Positions 8,673-18,613 of a stretch of DNA of 64,000 nt are shown one piece after another. The notes under the pieces were generated by a model that did not search any database, was not told the origin of the DNA, and saw only the letters and a program-made list of their open reading frames with translations. Source of the DNA: Syntrophobacterales bacterium (lineage in GTDB: Bacteria; Desulfobacterota; Syntrophia; Syntrophales; UBA2192); contig JAGPKU010000001.1 in NCBI GenBank assembly GCA_018053845.1, forward strand, positions 101,235 to 165,234. Reading direction: 5' to 3'. How positions within the stretch are numbered: the stretch's first letter is position 1; every line of letters starts with the position of its first letter. A program made the position numbers and the translations under genes.

Positions 8673-9860
8673 TCAGCCCTTGACCGCCCGGGCCACCGTC
8701 CTGCCCAGGTTTGCGCAGGCCTCCAGGTCGGCCGGCTTCGGCTGCCACTTGGCCCTCACACCGGGTGCGGCCACGGGGATCTTGCAGCGCTGCAGGTGCT
8801 CCTCGATGACCTTCACCGACTCCCCGCTCCAGCCGTAGGACCCGAAGGCCGCGCCGATCTTGTTCTGGAACCGCAGACCCCTGAGGTCCTCGAGGATCGG
8901 GGTGATCGTCGGGAGCACCCCCTGGTTCACCGTGCAGGAGCCGAGGATGACGGCCTTCGTCCGGAAGATCTCCGTGATGACGTCGTTGCGGTCCGTGACG
9001 GCCATGTGGAAGATCTTGTAGGGGACGCCCTCGGCGGCGAGGCCGTCTCCCACGGCCTCGGCCATCCTGCGCGTGGCCTCCCACATGGTGTCGTAGAGGA
9101 TCACGGCGGTCTTCTCCGGCCTCTGGGCCGCCCACTCTTTGTACTTCGTGACGATCTGCATGGGGTTCTCGCGCCAGATGACGCCGTGGCTCGGCGCGAT
9201 CATGTCCACGGGCACGCCCAGGGCGACCAGCTCGTCGATCTTCTTCGCGACAAGGGGGCTGAAGGGCGTGAGGATGTTGGCGTAGTACTTCAGGGCCTCC
9301 TCGTAGAGTTCCTCCCGGTCGACCTGGTCGTTGAACCGGAAGGCCGTGGCGTAGTGCTGGCCGAAGGCATCGTTGGGCATGAGCAGGTTCCTGCCGGCCA
9401 GGTAGGTGAACATGCTGTCGGGCCAATGGAGCATGGCGGCCTCGATGAACACCAGCTCGCTCTTCCCGATGGGGATGCGGTCGCCCGTCCCGACGGTCCT
9501 GAACTTCCAGGGCCGGTGATAGATCCCCTCGATGCTCTCCGCCCCCCGCTTCGAGACGACGAGCTCGGCGTTGGGCGCGTGCTGCATGATGAGGGGCAGC
9601 CCGCCCGAGTGATCGGGCTCGGCATGGTTGGCGACGATGATGTCGATTTCGGCCGGGTCGACGACGGCCCGGATGTTCTCGAGCCACTCCTCCTTGAAGG
9701 GGGCCCATGCCGTGTCGACCAGGACGGTCTTCTCGTCCCGTATGAGGTAGGAATTGTAGGTCGACCCGCGGTGCGTCGAAAGCTCGTGGCCGTGGAATTT
9801 CCGCAGGCCCCAGTCGACGATGCCGACCCACCAGACATCCTTCATCAGCTCCGTGACCAT
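8673..9860 (-). CDS. fprA: FprA-family flavodiiron protein (A-type flavoprotein, O2/NO reductase)
   Basis: 395 aa. Metallo-beta-lactamase-like N-domain (HAEPDHSGG) plus flavodoxin-like C-domain. SD GGGAGG before ATG 9860. Confidence 0.92.
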   Translation of the reverse strand: MVTELMKDVWWVGIVDWGLRKFHGHELSTHRGSTYNSYLIRDEKTVLVDTAWAPFKEEWLENIRAVVDPAEIDIIVANHAEPDHSGGLPLIMQHAPNAELVVSKRGAESIEGIYHRPWKFRTVGTGDRIPIGKSELVFIEAAMLHWPDSMFTYLAGRNLLMPNDAFGQHYATAFRFNDQVDREELYEEALKYYANILTPFSPLVAKKIDELVALGVPVDMIAPSHGVIWRENPMQIVTKYKEWAAQRPEKTAVILYDTMWEATRRMAEAVGDGLAAEGVPYKIFHMAVTDRNDVITEIFRTKAVILGSCTVNQGVLPTITPILEDLRGLRFQNKIGAAFGSYGWSGESVKVIEEHLQRCKIPVAAPGVRAKWQPKPADLEACANLGRTVARAVKG

Positions 9861-9984
9861 TCAAAACCTCCCGGTTCCGAAGAGTTTTATGCGTCATGAC
9901 TGCCTTATTGTACCCATCGCCGGCCCAGAAGGGAAGGGTCAAATCGCCCGACGTCCCTTTTTGTCTCCCCGTCGATAAAATCGC

Positions 9985-10013
9985 TTGACATCCGGCCCCT
10001 GCTGTAATACCCT
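9985..10013 (+). promoter_or_regulatory. Candidate promoter of the cold-shock gene (would give about 175-nt leader)
   Basis: TTGACA 9985-9990, 17-nt spacer, TACCCT 10008-10013 (TAnnnT). The alternative TAATAC at 10005 has only a 14-nt spacer. Confidence 0.3.
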
Positions 10014-10194
10014 TCTGCCCGACCTGACGGCGACAGATAGCGAACCGGCAGGGTGCAGTAAAAGTTAGGGGACACGCAGTTTGAGGTTTGAGAACGTTTG
10101 CCACCGCACTCGCACGGGTCTGGTGGTTTTTTACTTTCTGCCAAAGCTGACATCCGACTTTTACGGGAAAATCTGAGAAAGGAGGAGGGAAGCG

Positions 10195-10395
10195 ATGTCG
10201 GAAGGTACCGTGAAGTGGTTCAACGAGCAGAAAGGCTTCGGGTTCATTCAGATGGACGACGGTGGCGATATTTTCGTCCACTACAGCGCCATCCAGACCC
10301 GGGGCTTCCGGACCCTGCGCGAAGGCCAGCGCGTGAGCTTTGAAGTCACGGAAGGGCAGAAGGGCCCCGCCGCGGCCAACGTACAGGTCCTGTAA
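10195..10395 (+). CDS. cspA: Cold-shock protein (CspA family)
   Basis: 66 aa. GTVKWFN..KGFGFI and [12 protein letters not shown] motifs. SD GAAAGGAGGAGGG. Confidence 0.97.
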   Translation: MSEGTVKWFNEQKGFGFIQMDDGGDIFVHYSAIQTRGFRTLREGQRVSFEVTEGQKGPAAANVQVL

Positions 10396-10415
10396 AACCG
10401 GACTCATCCATTGCA

Positions 10416-10461
10416 GAAGGGCACCCCGGTGCGCATCGAGGTGCCCTTCTTTTCGTTTTTT
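10416..10461 (+). terminator. Rho-independent terminator after csp
   Basis: GAAGGGCACC (10416-10425) / GGTGCCCTTC (10440-10449), followed by TTTTCGTTTTTT. Confidence 0.85.
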
Positions 10462-10495
10462 CCCAGGGGGTCATGCGCCCCGAGAAGCGTGCATC

Positions 10496-12337
<1,842 letters not shown>

Positions 12338-12339
12338 TC

Positions 12340-12444
12340 AGAAGGCAAGAGGGTTTGAAGGCGAAAAGGGTGGAGAATCGGAGGCTGACAGGGGCTGCAG
12401 ACGTATTCAACGTTCTCACCCTCTCACCTTCTTGCCCTCTCCGG
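12340..12444. repeat. Dispersed octad-phased hairpin element, family GGnnnnAG/TCTCACC (copy R4; homologous to 30557-30651)
   Basis: Octads GGCAAGAG GGTTTGAA GGCGAAAA GGGTGGAG AATCGGAG from 12344 (8-nt phase). Right arm TTCTCACCCTCTCACCTTCT (12413-12432) is 19/20 identical to 30631-30650. Left arm is about 80% identical to 30557-30592. Arms pair (12368-77:12413-21, 12357-64:12424-31, 12348-53:12435-40). Confidence 0.8.
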
Positions 12445-12502
12445 TTCATGAAATGAACATCCGGACGGCAACCGGATCATATCGAAAGGTCGTTTCAGAT
12501 CT

Positions 12503-13558
12503 ATGTTTGTCTCCATCATCGGGACCCCTCAATCGGGCAAGACGACGCTCTTCAGGGCCCTCGCGGGCACAAACGCAAACGGCGGCGGCAACGGGCACCC
12601 CTCCGTCCGCATCGAGGTGCCCGACGGGCGGGTCGACGCGCTGGCAAGGATCTTCAACCCCCGAAAGACGACCTACTCGCGCCTCGATGTGGCGGACACG
12701 GTGGCCATCCGCGAGGGGGAGCTGAAAAACGAGACGCTGGACACCAAATCGCTCCAGCAGATCCGCCAGAGCGACGCCGTGCTCACGGTGCTGCGCCGCT
12801 TCGATAACGGCCATGCGGCCGACCCCGTCGGCGATTTCGGGCGCATCCGGGAGGAGTTCATCCTGGCCGACATGGTCCAGGTCGAAGGGCGCCTGGAGCG
12901 GCTGCGCAAGCAGAACGCCCTCAAGCCCCAGCCGGCCCTGCAGCAGGAGCAGGCCCTGCTCGAGCGCTGCCTCGCGCATCTCGAGGCCGGCTCCCCCCTG
13001 GCCACCCTGGAGCTGTCCTGCGAGGACGACAAGAAGATCCGGGGGTTCCTCTTCCTCTCGCGAAAGCCCATGATGATCGTGGTCAATTGCGCCGAGGACA
13101 GGATCGCCGAGGCCGAGTCGATCGCCTCGCGGCTGCGGGAAAGGCTGCCGGGGCACATCCCCGTGGTGGCCGCCTGCGGGCAGCTCGAGGCGGAGCTGGC
13201 CGCCATGGCCCCCGGGGAGCAGGGCGCCTTCATGGCCGGATACGGCATCGCCGAGTCGCTGCGCGGCCGGATCCTCCGGCTGGCCTACGATACGCTGGGG
13301 CTCATCTCCTTCCTCACCGTGGGCGAGGACGAGTGCCGCGCCTGGCCCCTCCGCCGGGGCATGAACGCCCAGGATGCCGCCGGGACCATCCACACGGACC
13401 TTGCCCGGACCTTCATCCGGGCCGAAACGGTCTCCTACGAGGACTTCATGCGCCTCGGGGGCTTTGCGGGATGCAAGAAGGCGGGGGTGTGGCGCCTGGA
13501 GGGCAAGGGCTACATCGTGCAGGACGGGGACATCCTGTCCATCCGCGCGGGGAACTGA
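12503..13558 (+). CDS. Divergent YchF/OLA1-family P-loop NTPase with C-terminal TGS-like (DUF933) domain
   Basis: N-terminal P-loop IIGTPQSGKTTLF. C-terminus LISFLTVGEDECRAW.....NA..AAG.IHTD....FIRAE...YEDF......KKAG..R.EGK.Y.VQDGD matches the YchF C-terminal domain. Confidence 0.8.
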   Translation: MFVSIIGTPQSGKTTLFRALAGTNANGGGNGHPSVRIEVPDGRVDALARIFNPRKTTYSRLDVADTVAIREGELKNETLDTKSLQQIRQSDAVLTVLRRFDNGHAADPVGDFGRIREEFILADMVQVEGRLERLRKQNALKPQPALQQEQALLERCLAHLEAGSPLATLELSCEDDKKIRGFLFLSRKPMMIVVNCAEDRIAEAESIASRLRERLPGHIPVVAACGQLEAELAAMAPGEQGAFMAGYGIAESLRGRILRLAYDTLGLISFLTVGEDECRAWPLRRGMNAQDAAGTIHTDLARTFIRAETVSYEDFMRLGGFAGCKKAGVWRLEGKGYIVQDGDILSIRAGN

Positions 13559-13621
13559 GAGGCGGCTCTCACCGGCCGATCGGGCTCGGGGCCGCCGGCG
13601 CAAGCAGCGTCGCGGCCGGGC

Positions 13622-14149
13622 TCATCCCCCTTCTTCCGGGCGCCCGGGAAGAACCGTGTGCAGCGACGGGCAGAGCTCGTTCGCTTTTCCGCTCATCGCC
13701 TCGATGACAATCCGCACGACGGCCGTGTTTTCGATGTTCTCGTCCTTCACGGGGGAAACGGGATAACCGGGCGGCACGTACTTTCGAATCATTCTCTCCA
13801 GGATCGCCCTCTTGTCCTCCGGGCTGTCGACCCGCTCGGCTCTGCCGAAGCACACGACGCTCCGGTAGATCTGGCTGATCCCGCAGCCGCGTTGCCACAG
13901 GACCCGGGGACCGACCTCGTCGACCAGGAAGCAGACGCGGGGATCCTCTCGAAGCGCCTCCATCTTTCGCCCCGACAAGGCGCTGTGAATGTAAATGCTG
14001 CCTTCCCAGAACAGGTAGTTCACCGCGACCGCGTACGGGCCGTCCGCCGTCGTGACGGCCAACCGGCCGACCGCCATCCGTTCCAGCAGCCGTTCCATTT
14101 CCCGGGCGGATCGCATGGCCCGATCCCGGCGCCGCGGATCTGTCTTCAT
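13622..14149 (-). CDS. Pyridoxamine 5'-phosphate oxidase family (FMN-binding split barrel) protein
   Basis: GRLAVTTADGPYAVAVNYLFWEGSIYIHSA..G.K...L..DPRVCF.V pattern. ATG 14149 preceded by GGGAGG. Confidence 0.8.
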   Translation of the reverse strand: MKTDPRRRDRAMRSAREMERLLERMAVGRLAVTTADGPYAVAVNYLFWEGSIYIHSALSGRKMEALREDPRVCFLVDEVGPRVLWQRGCGISQIYRSVVCFGRAERVDSPEDKRAILERMIRKYVPPGYPVSPVKDENIENTAVVRIVIEAMSGKANELCPSLHTVLPGRPEEGG

Positions 14150-14222
14150 CCGGCCTCCCTGCACGGGGCGGTACGCATGCGGTTCATTTGACATCCCGTG
14201 ACATCGACCTTACGTTACCCGC

Positions 14223-14486
14223 ATGGATGCCCTGCGGATCCTTTTCAACATCCTGCTCTTCACCGCCTCGCTCTTCGCGGCGGCGCTGTTCGTCGAGAAG
14301 ATCTACGCGGGCCGCTGGAAGTGGGTGGCCTTCGGCCTCCTGATGAGTTTCATCCTGGGATTTGCCCTGGTTCCCGGGGCCCTCATCGGCGTCCTCGAGG
14401 CCCTGCCCGGAGAACTCTCGCCCGCCAACGCGGCAACACTTGCCCTGGGAGGGGTGACCGCGGGGTTTCTTTCGACGGGAGTCTGA
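14223..14486 (+). CDS. Small hydrophobic (2-3 TM) hypothetical protein
   Basis: 87-aa ORF with strong GC3 bias and hydrophobic segments. No recognisable family. Confidence 0.5.
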   Translation: MDALRILFNILLFTASLFAAALFVEKIYAGRWKWVAFGLLMSFILGFALVPGALIGVLEALPGELSPANAATLALGGVTAGFLSTGV

Positions 14487-14550
14487 ATTGTCTTCCGGAT
14501 CCTTCAGGAGGTCTTCCTGAAGCTCTTCCCCCGATGAACAAAGGTATCAG

Positions 14551-14626
14551 TGGCAGGTTGCAGGTGACAGGTCAAAGACTGTTGGCAGGGATAGCCTGTT
14601 ACCTGTTACCTGTTACCTGTTCCTGC
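14551..14626. repeat. Heptad-phased CAGGT/ACCTG hairpin with CCTGTTA x4 tandem repeat (periodic-hairpin element R5)
   Basis: CAGGT at 14554,14561,14568 and CCTGTTA at 14595,14602,14609,14616. 14554-14572 pairs with 14601-14619 (19 positions, 1 mismatch, 2 G-U). The repeat array contains the stop codon of the L,D-transpeptidase gene (14606-14608). Confidence 0.8.
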
Positions 14627-15946
14627 GTTTGCCAGCTCCCTCGACTCGGCAGGCCCGACAATCACCCCGTCGATTTCCAGGTCGACCTTGAGGCGCTTCA
14701 CGGCGGCCAGGGCTGTTTTTCGGTCCGCGTAGGGTCCGGCGAGGACCTGGTAGCGATTGTCCTTCCGCACCACCCGGGCGGGGATCTGGGGCCCCTGGTG
14801 GTTGAGCACGGCGGCCATTCTCCGGGCGTTGTCCTCCCCGATGGTCTCGTCGGCGCGGACATACCAGGCCCCGGGTTTCATCGCCGGCACCCGGGGCTGT
14901 CCGGTCAACTCGGCGGGCCGCGGGGCCTCCGCGGCCCCGGCGATCATCCCCTGTAGATCTTCGCCGCCCGCGAGCACCGGGACGGGGATGCCCCTGGCCT
15001 GCGTCAGCGTTTCCTCCACGCGATTCCAGTCCACGCGCAGCTTTTCTTTCCTTTCGATCTCCTTGAGCCTCGCGTAGAGCCGCTTCCGGATCTCCGCGGC
15101 ATCGAGCTCTTCCTGGGGCTCGTGGGCCTCGAGGTAGAGCATGCCGCCCGCGCGGCCGATCAGGTAGGGCTGATTCACGATGTGCACGGGGGTCCGGACC
15201 GGCACGACCCGGTAGAGCTTCTCCACGTCCTCCGGGTAGAGCCGGATGCACCCGTTGGTCGCCCGCAGGCCGATGCTGAAGGGCTTGTTGGTCCCGTGGA
15301 CCACGTAGCTCGCCCGGCTCAGGTAGAGTGCGTACTCTCCGAGCGGGTTGTCAGGCCCCGGCGGCACTTCGGCGGGCAGCGGGTCGCCCCTCTTGGCGTG
15401 GTCGCTCCGAATCGAGGCGGGCACGTACCAGGTCGGCCGGACGGCCTTGCGCACCACGGACATCTCGCCCAGCGGCGTGGAGCGCCCCTCTTCCCCGATG
15501 CCGACGGGATAGGTGACGATCGCCCGGTTCTTCCCCCCGTGGTAGAACAGCCGCATCGCCGCCAGGTTGATCACGATCCCCTGCCGGGGGGCGTCGGGCA
15601 GAATGAACATCAGGGGCAGCACGACCCGGCTGCCTGCCGGGGGCAGCCAGACGTCCACGTCCGGGTTGGCCGCCTTGACGGCGTCGTGGCCGAGGCCGAA
15701 ATGCCTCGCGATGTCGGGCAGCGTGTCGCCCTCCCGGGTGCGGACCACGGCGAGCCGGCCGATGACCCGGTCGCCCCCGGGGTCGCCGAAGACGTGCCGC
15801 TCGAGGCGCGTTCCCGGCCGATCGGGCTCGGCTGTCGGCCCGGGCCCGGTCAGCCGCCACTTCGGCGGCGCCGCGCAGGCACTGAGCAGCAGACCCGCCG
15901 CCGCGAGGATGACGAGACGGGCGGTTCTGTGAGACCGAAGGTTCAC
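14606..15946 (-). CDS. L,D-transpeptidase (YkuD) lipoprotein with N-terminal LysM and C-terminal SPOR domain
   Basis: Lipobox LLLSAC. LysM ([25 protein letters not shown]). YkuD catalytic HGT....G...SNGCIRL. SPOR-like C-terminus ([22 protein letters not shown]). GTG 15946 with SD GGGAGGAAAGG, overlapping the upstream stop by 4 nt. Confidence 0.9.
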   Translation of the reverse strand: MNLRSHRTARLVILAAAGLLLSACAAPPKWRLTGPGPTAEPDRPGTRLERHVFGDPGGDRVIGRLAVVRTREGDTLPDIARHFGLGHDAVKAANPDVDVWLPPAGSRVVLPLMFILPDAPRQGIVINLAAMRLFYHGGKNRAIVTYPVGIGEEGRSTPLGEMSVVRKAVRPTWYVPASIRSDHAKRGDPLPAEVPPGPDNPLGEYALYLSRASYVVHGTNKPFSIGLRATNGCIRLYPEDVEKLYRVVPVRTPVHIVNQPYLIGRAGGMLYLEAHEPQEELDAAEIRKRLYARLKEIERKEKLRVDWNRVEETLTQARGIPVPVLAGGEDLQGMIAGAAEAPRPAELTGQPRVPAMKPGAWYVRADETIGEDNARRMAAVLNHQGPQIPARVVRKDNRYQVLAGPYADRKTALAAVKRLKVDLEIDGVIVGPAESRELANAGTGNR

Positions 15947-16464
15947 GGGGATCCTTTCCTCCCAAGCGTGAATCGCCACTTGCAGAAATTTTCCGGCGGG
16001 TGCGGGTCGGGCGGCGCGTAGAGGCACTCCACCCGGATGCCTTCGTCGATGACGCGGGCGAAATTCGCGAACTCCCCCCGGTGCATCTCCTTGCAGGAAA
16101 ATTCCGGCAGCCCCCGGGCCGCGCGGGCGACCTGGGGGGCGCAGCGGGGCACGGTGATGAGGACCTCGTCCGCACGCTCCTCGATCTCGTAGCCGATGAG
16201 GATCGTCCAGGGGAAGTAGCGCAGGGCCTCCACGAAACCCGAAAGCCCCTTGCCGACCCCGAAGCGCTTCACGAAGTCACGGGCGGCCAGCTCGGCCGCC
16301 TTGTGCCAGACCCGCTCGTTGATGTTTTCGGCCGTGGCCTGGTCGAACCGCTCCTGCACGAAGAGAAACCAGAACCCGTCGATGACGCGGTAGTGCCACA
16401 GCAGAAACTCCACGTACGATCGAAGCTCCGCGGGGCCCATCCGGTCAAGCCGCTTCAGGTCCAT
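15943..16464 (-). CDS. Hypothetical protein, probably DUF6125 family
   Basis: 173 aa. DGFWFLFV...CAPQ...[11 protein letters not shown]...[20 protein letters not shown] resembles my recollection of DUF6125 proteins. This was not verified by search. Confidence 0.6.
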   Translation of the reverse strand: MDLKRLDRMGPAELRSYVEFLLWHYRVIDGFWFLFVQERFDQATAENINERVWHKAAELAARDFVKRFGVGKGLSGFVEALRYFPWTILIGYEIEERADEVLITVPRCAPQVARAARGLPEFSCKEMHRGEFANFARVIDEGIRVECLYAPPDPHPPENFCKWRFTLGRKGSP

Positions 16465-16473
16465 GCCGCCCCC

Positions 16474-16890
16474 CTACAGCGCCTCGGCCCGTTCCCGCAG
16501 CGCGACATCCTCCGGGTCCGTCGCCTCGATGACGATGCCGTGCGGGACGGGCCTCCCCTGCCGGTCCACGTGGATGAAGCTGATGAACCCGTCGAGGAGG
16601 AAATCGTCGTCGGCGTTGTTCACCACCTTCACGTAGGAGACGAGCCGCGTCTTGCCGGCCAGGACCACCCGGCTCTCGAACCGCACGATCTCGCCGTTGC
16701 GGATGGGCTTCTTGAACAGCATGCCGTGGATGTTGAGACAGACGATGTGTTCCGGGTGGGTGAGGCTCGCGGCGGCGATGAAGCCCGACTCGACGACCCA
16801 CATGGCCGTCTTGCCCGCGAAAAGGGTCCCGTGGTGGTTGAGGTCCTCGCTCTTGACGAGGTGGTTGATGATGTGTGTGCGCAGTTTCAT
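16474..16890 (-). CDS. Hotdog-fold acyl-CoA thioesterase
   Basis: 138 aa from MKLRTH. NHHGTLFAGKTAMWVVESG pattern of acyl-CoA thioester hydrolase/4HBT. SD AAGGAG. The longer ORF to 17316 is an alternative-frame artefact. Confidence 0.85.
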   Translation of the reverse strand: MKLRTHIINHLVKSEDLNHHGTLFAGKTAMWVVESGFIAAASLTHPEHIVCLNIHGMLFKKPIRNGEIVRFESRVVLAGKTRLVSYVKVVNNADDDFLLDGFISFIHVDRQGRPVPHGIVIEATDPEDVALRERAEAL

Positions 16891-16894
16891 CCTT

Positions 16895-17863
16895 TCACTC
16901 CTTTGCCTTGAGCTTGCCGCAGAATGCGAGGCTTCGGCTCCTCTGCAGGTCCCCCGGCGTGACGAAATCGGCGGCCGCCTCGCACAGCCCCTCCATCGCC
17001 CCGGCCCGCGCCGCCTCCAGGTTCTCCGTGCGGCGGCGCGCCGCGTGGAGGCCTGCGGCAAAGCGCTCGAACGACGGCAGCAGCTCCGGCGACCCGAGGT
17101 CGATCCGGGCCGCCCCCGCCCGCCGATCCTGCACGTCCCGGAAGTAGGCCTCGATGCGCTCTTCCACGGCGAAGACGCCCTCCGGCGGCGGGATGCGCAG
17201 CGGCCCCGCCCCGCCGGCCGGGAGCCGTCCGCCGTACCGCTCGAGAAAAACGAACAGGGCGCTCCCGCGGCGGATCCCCCCGCCGGGGCCGACCGGGACC
17301 TCCCGGTCCCCGACACGCAGGGCGACCGGGGCCCGCGCAGAAAGCGCGATGGCCCCCGGTAGGGACTCGTCGTAGCACCGGAAGACGAACTCGGAGCAGG
17401 TCATGGGCTCCCGCCCCGTGTCGAAGAGACGCAGGAGAAATCCGGCGGCGGCGTTGAGGGTCTCCCGGATCAGCCCTGCGAGCGCGGCCGAGGCGGCAAG
17501 ATTGCGGGTGATGCACAAAAACGCGAGGAGCAGGACCTGCTCGAAGGCGTAACGCTCGCCGCGATCCAGGTAGTGCGCCGCCCGTTCCAGGACGGGGCCG
17601 AGGCCGGCCGGGGGCTCCTTGAGCCGCCGCGCTTCGACCCCGTCGGCATGCTCGATGCTCTTCGCCAGCTCCCGGCGGATGACCCCTTCGCGGATCGCCT
17701 CGCCCACGGTGCGGCCCTTCTGCCCGTGCCGGCCGAGGAAAAGCGCCGAGTGGCTGACCTGCGAGCGGTCGATGAGGCGGATGGCATCGCTGATCAGGCC
17801 CCGGCCCCGGTAGAGCAGGACATCCCCCGGCATCAGCTGTGCAATCGGAATCTCCCTCTTCAC
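16895..17863 (-). CDS. YiiX/YaeF-like permuted papain-fold (NlpC/P60 superfamily, peptidase C92-like) enzyme with long insert
   Basis: PGDVLLYRG.GLISDAIRL....VSHSALFLG ... EPMTCSEFVFRCY reproduces the His...Cys permuted arrangement of E. coli YiiX (GDIIF..S.AI...YSHTG ... YCSEVVWKVY). First start is GTG 17863 (alternative ATG 17833). Confidence 0.65.
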   Translation of the reverse strand: MKREIPIAQLMPGDVLLYRGRGLISDAIRLIDRSQVSHSALFLGRHGQKGRTVGEAIREGVIRRELAKSIEHADGVEARRLKEPPAGLGPVLERAAHYLDRGERYAFEQVLLLAFLCITRNLAASAALAGLIRETLNAAAGFLLRLFDTGREPMTCSEFVFRCYDESLPGAIALSARAPVALRVGDREVPVGPGGGIRRGSALFVFLERYGGRLPAGGAGPLRIPPPEGVFAVEERIEAYFRDVQDRRAGAARIDLGSPELLPSFERFAAGLHAARRRTENLEAARAGAMEGLCEAAADFVTPGDLQRSRSLAFCGKLKAKE

Positions 17864-17940
17864 CGCCGCCTCTTCCCTGCCGCCGCCGTTACGTGTTTCA
17901 CTTCCTCGACTTCCCCGCTTCCTTCCCCTCTTTGCGTCGT
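17864..17940. repeat. One-armed CTTCC-phased pyrimidine tract (periodic element R6)
   Basis: CTTCC at 17901,17910,17918,17922, plus CTCTTCC and GCCGCC repeats. No complementary purine arm found. On the transcribed (minus) strand this is a run of SD-like GGAAG/GAGG immediately upstream of the YiiX-like start. Confidence 0.4.
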
Positions 17941-17948
17941 GCGGTGCA

Positions 17949-18545
17949 TCATGCGTTGCATACCGTTTTCGGCACGAATGTCATCAGGTCGCTGTACGGT
18001 CCGATCGCCTGCAGGCCGGACCGCCGAAACCCGAAGGGCGAAACCCGGGACTCGACCTCCTCGGGAGACAGCCGCAGGGAAACCGGGGGCCCGGGGGTGC
18101 CGGGGGTCTTCGTGAACTCGATGACGGCAAGGGTGCCGTATCGCTTCAGAAGTCTCCGGGCTTCGGCCAGCGCCCCGTCCTGGAGGCCCGCCTCCTTGAG
18201 GTCGTGGAGCACGGCGGCCATGAGAATCAGATCCCGGCTCTCCGCCGGCAGGGGAGGGGGCTTGCCGAGGTCGGCAACGATCGGCCGCACGTTCTTCACG
18301 CCCCGCCGCTCGATCATCTCCCGGAGCCGTTCAACCCCTTCCGCCCAGAGATCGACGGCGTGCACGCGGCCCCCTTCGCCGACGATCTCCGCCATGGCAA
18401 GCGTGTACATGCCCGTGCCGCAGCGCATGTCGAGCGTCGTGTGCCCCGGTTTCAGAGCCAGAATCTGGAAGAGCGTCCCCGCTTCGATCAGCTCGAAGCT
18501 GCTCTTTCCGGCCCCGCGGGGCTTGTCCGACCGTTGGTCGTGCAT
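17949..18545 (-). CDS. Class I SAM-dependent methyltransferase
   Basis: LDMRCGTGMYTLAMA (motif I), VHAVD (motif II), RLLKRYGTLAVIEF (post-III). Confidence 0.88.
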   Translation of the reverse strand: MHDQRSDKPRGAGKSSFELIEAGTLFQILALKPGHTTLDMRCGTGMYTLAMAEIVGEGGRVHAVDLWAEGVERLREMIERRGVKNVRPIVADLGKPPPLPAESRDLILMAAVLHDLKEAGLQDGALAEARRLLKRYGTLAVIEFTKTPGTPGPPVSLRLSPEEVESRVSPFGFRRSGLQAIGPYSDLMTFVPKTVCNA

Positions 18546-18585
18546 GACCGGTCCGAAGGCGCGACTTGATGATGGAGTCGTCTGA

Positions 18586-18613
18586 AGTATGTTGCAAACG
18601 GACTTTCTGTCAA
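18586..18613 (-). promoter_or_regulatory. Candidate sigma70 promoter of the methyltransferase gene
   Basis: Minus strand AAAATCCTTGACA, N16, CATACT. The 13-mer TGTCAAGGATTTT (18608-18620) is identical to 62786-62798 at the tRNA-operon promoter. Confidence 0.4.

Noticed and set aside
8332-10407. 691-aa minus-strand ORF spanning the REC gene, fprA and the csp region.
   Set aside because: It overlaps well-supported genes in other frames and on the other strand, crosses a 334-nt noncoding promoter region, and has Arg/Pro/Gly-rich composition.
14595-14626. Possibility that the short tandem repeats (CCTGTTA x4, GGC/GCC heptads) are a CRISPR array or minisatellite.
   Set aside because: The units are only 7-8 nt with no unique spacers. 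They are arranged as two complementary arms of a hairpin. No cas genes are in the window.
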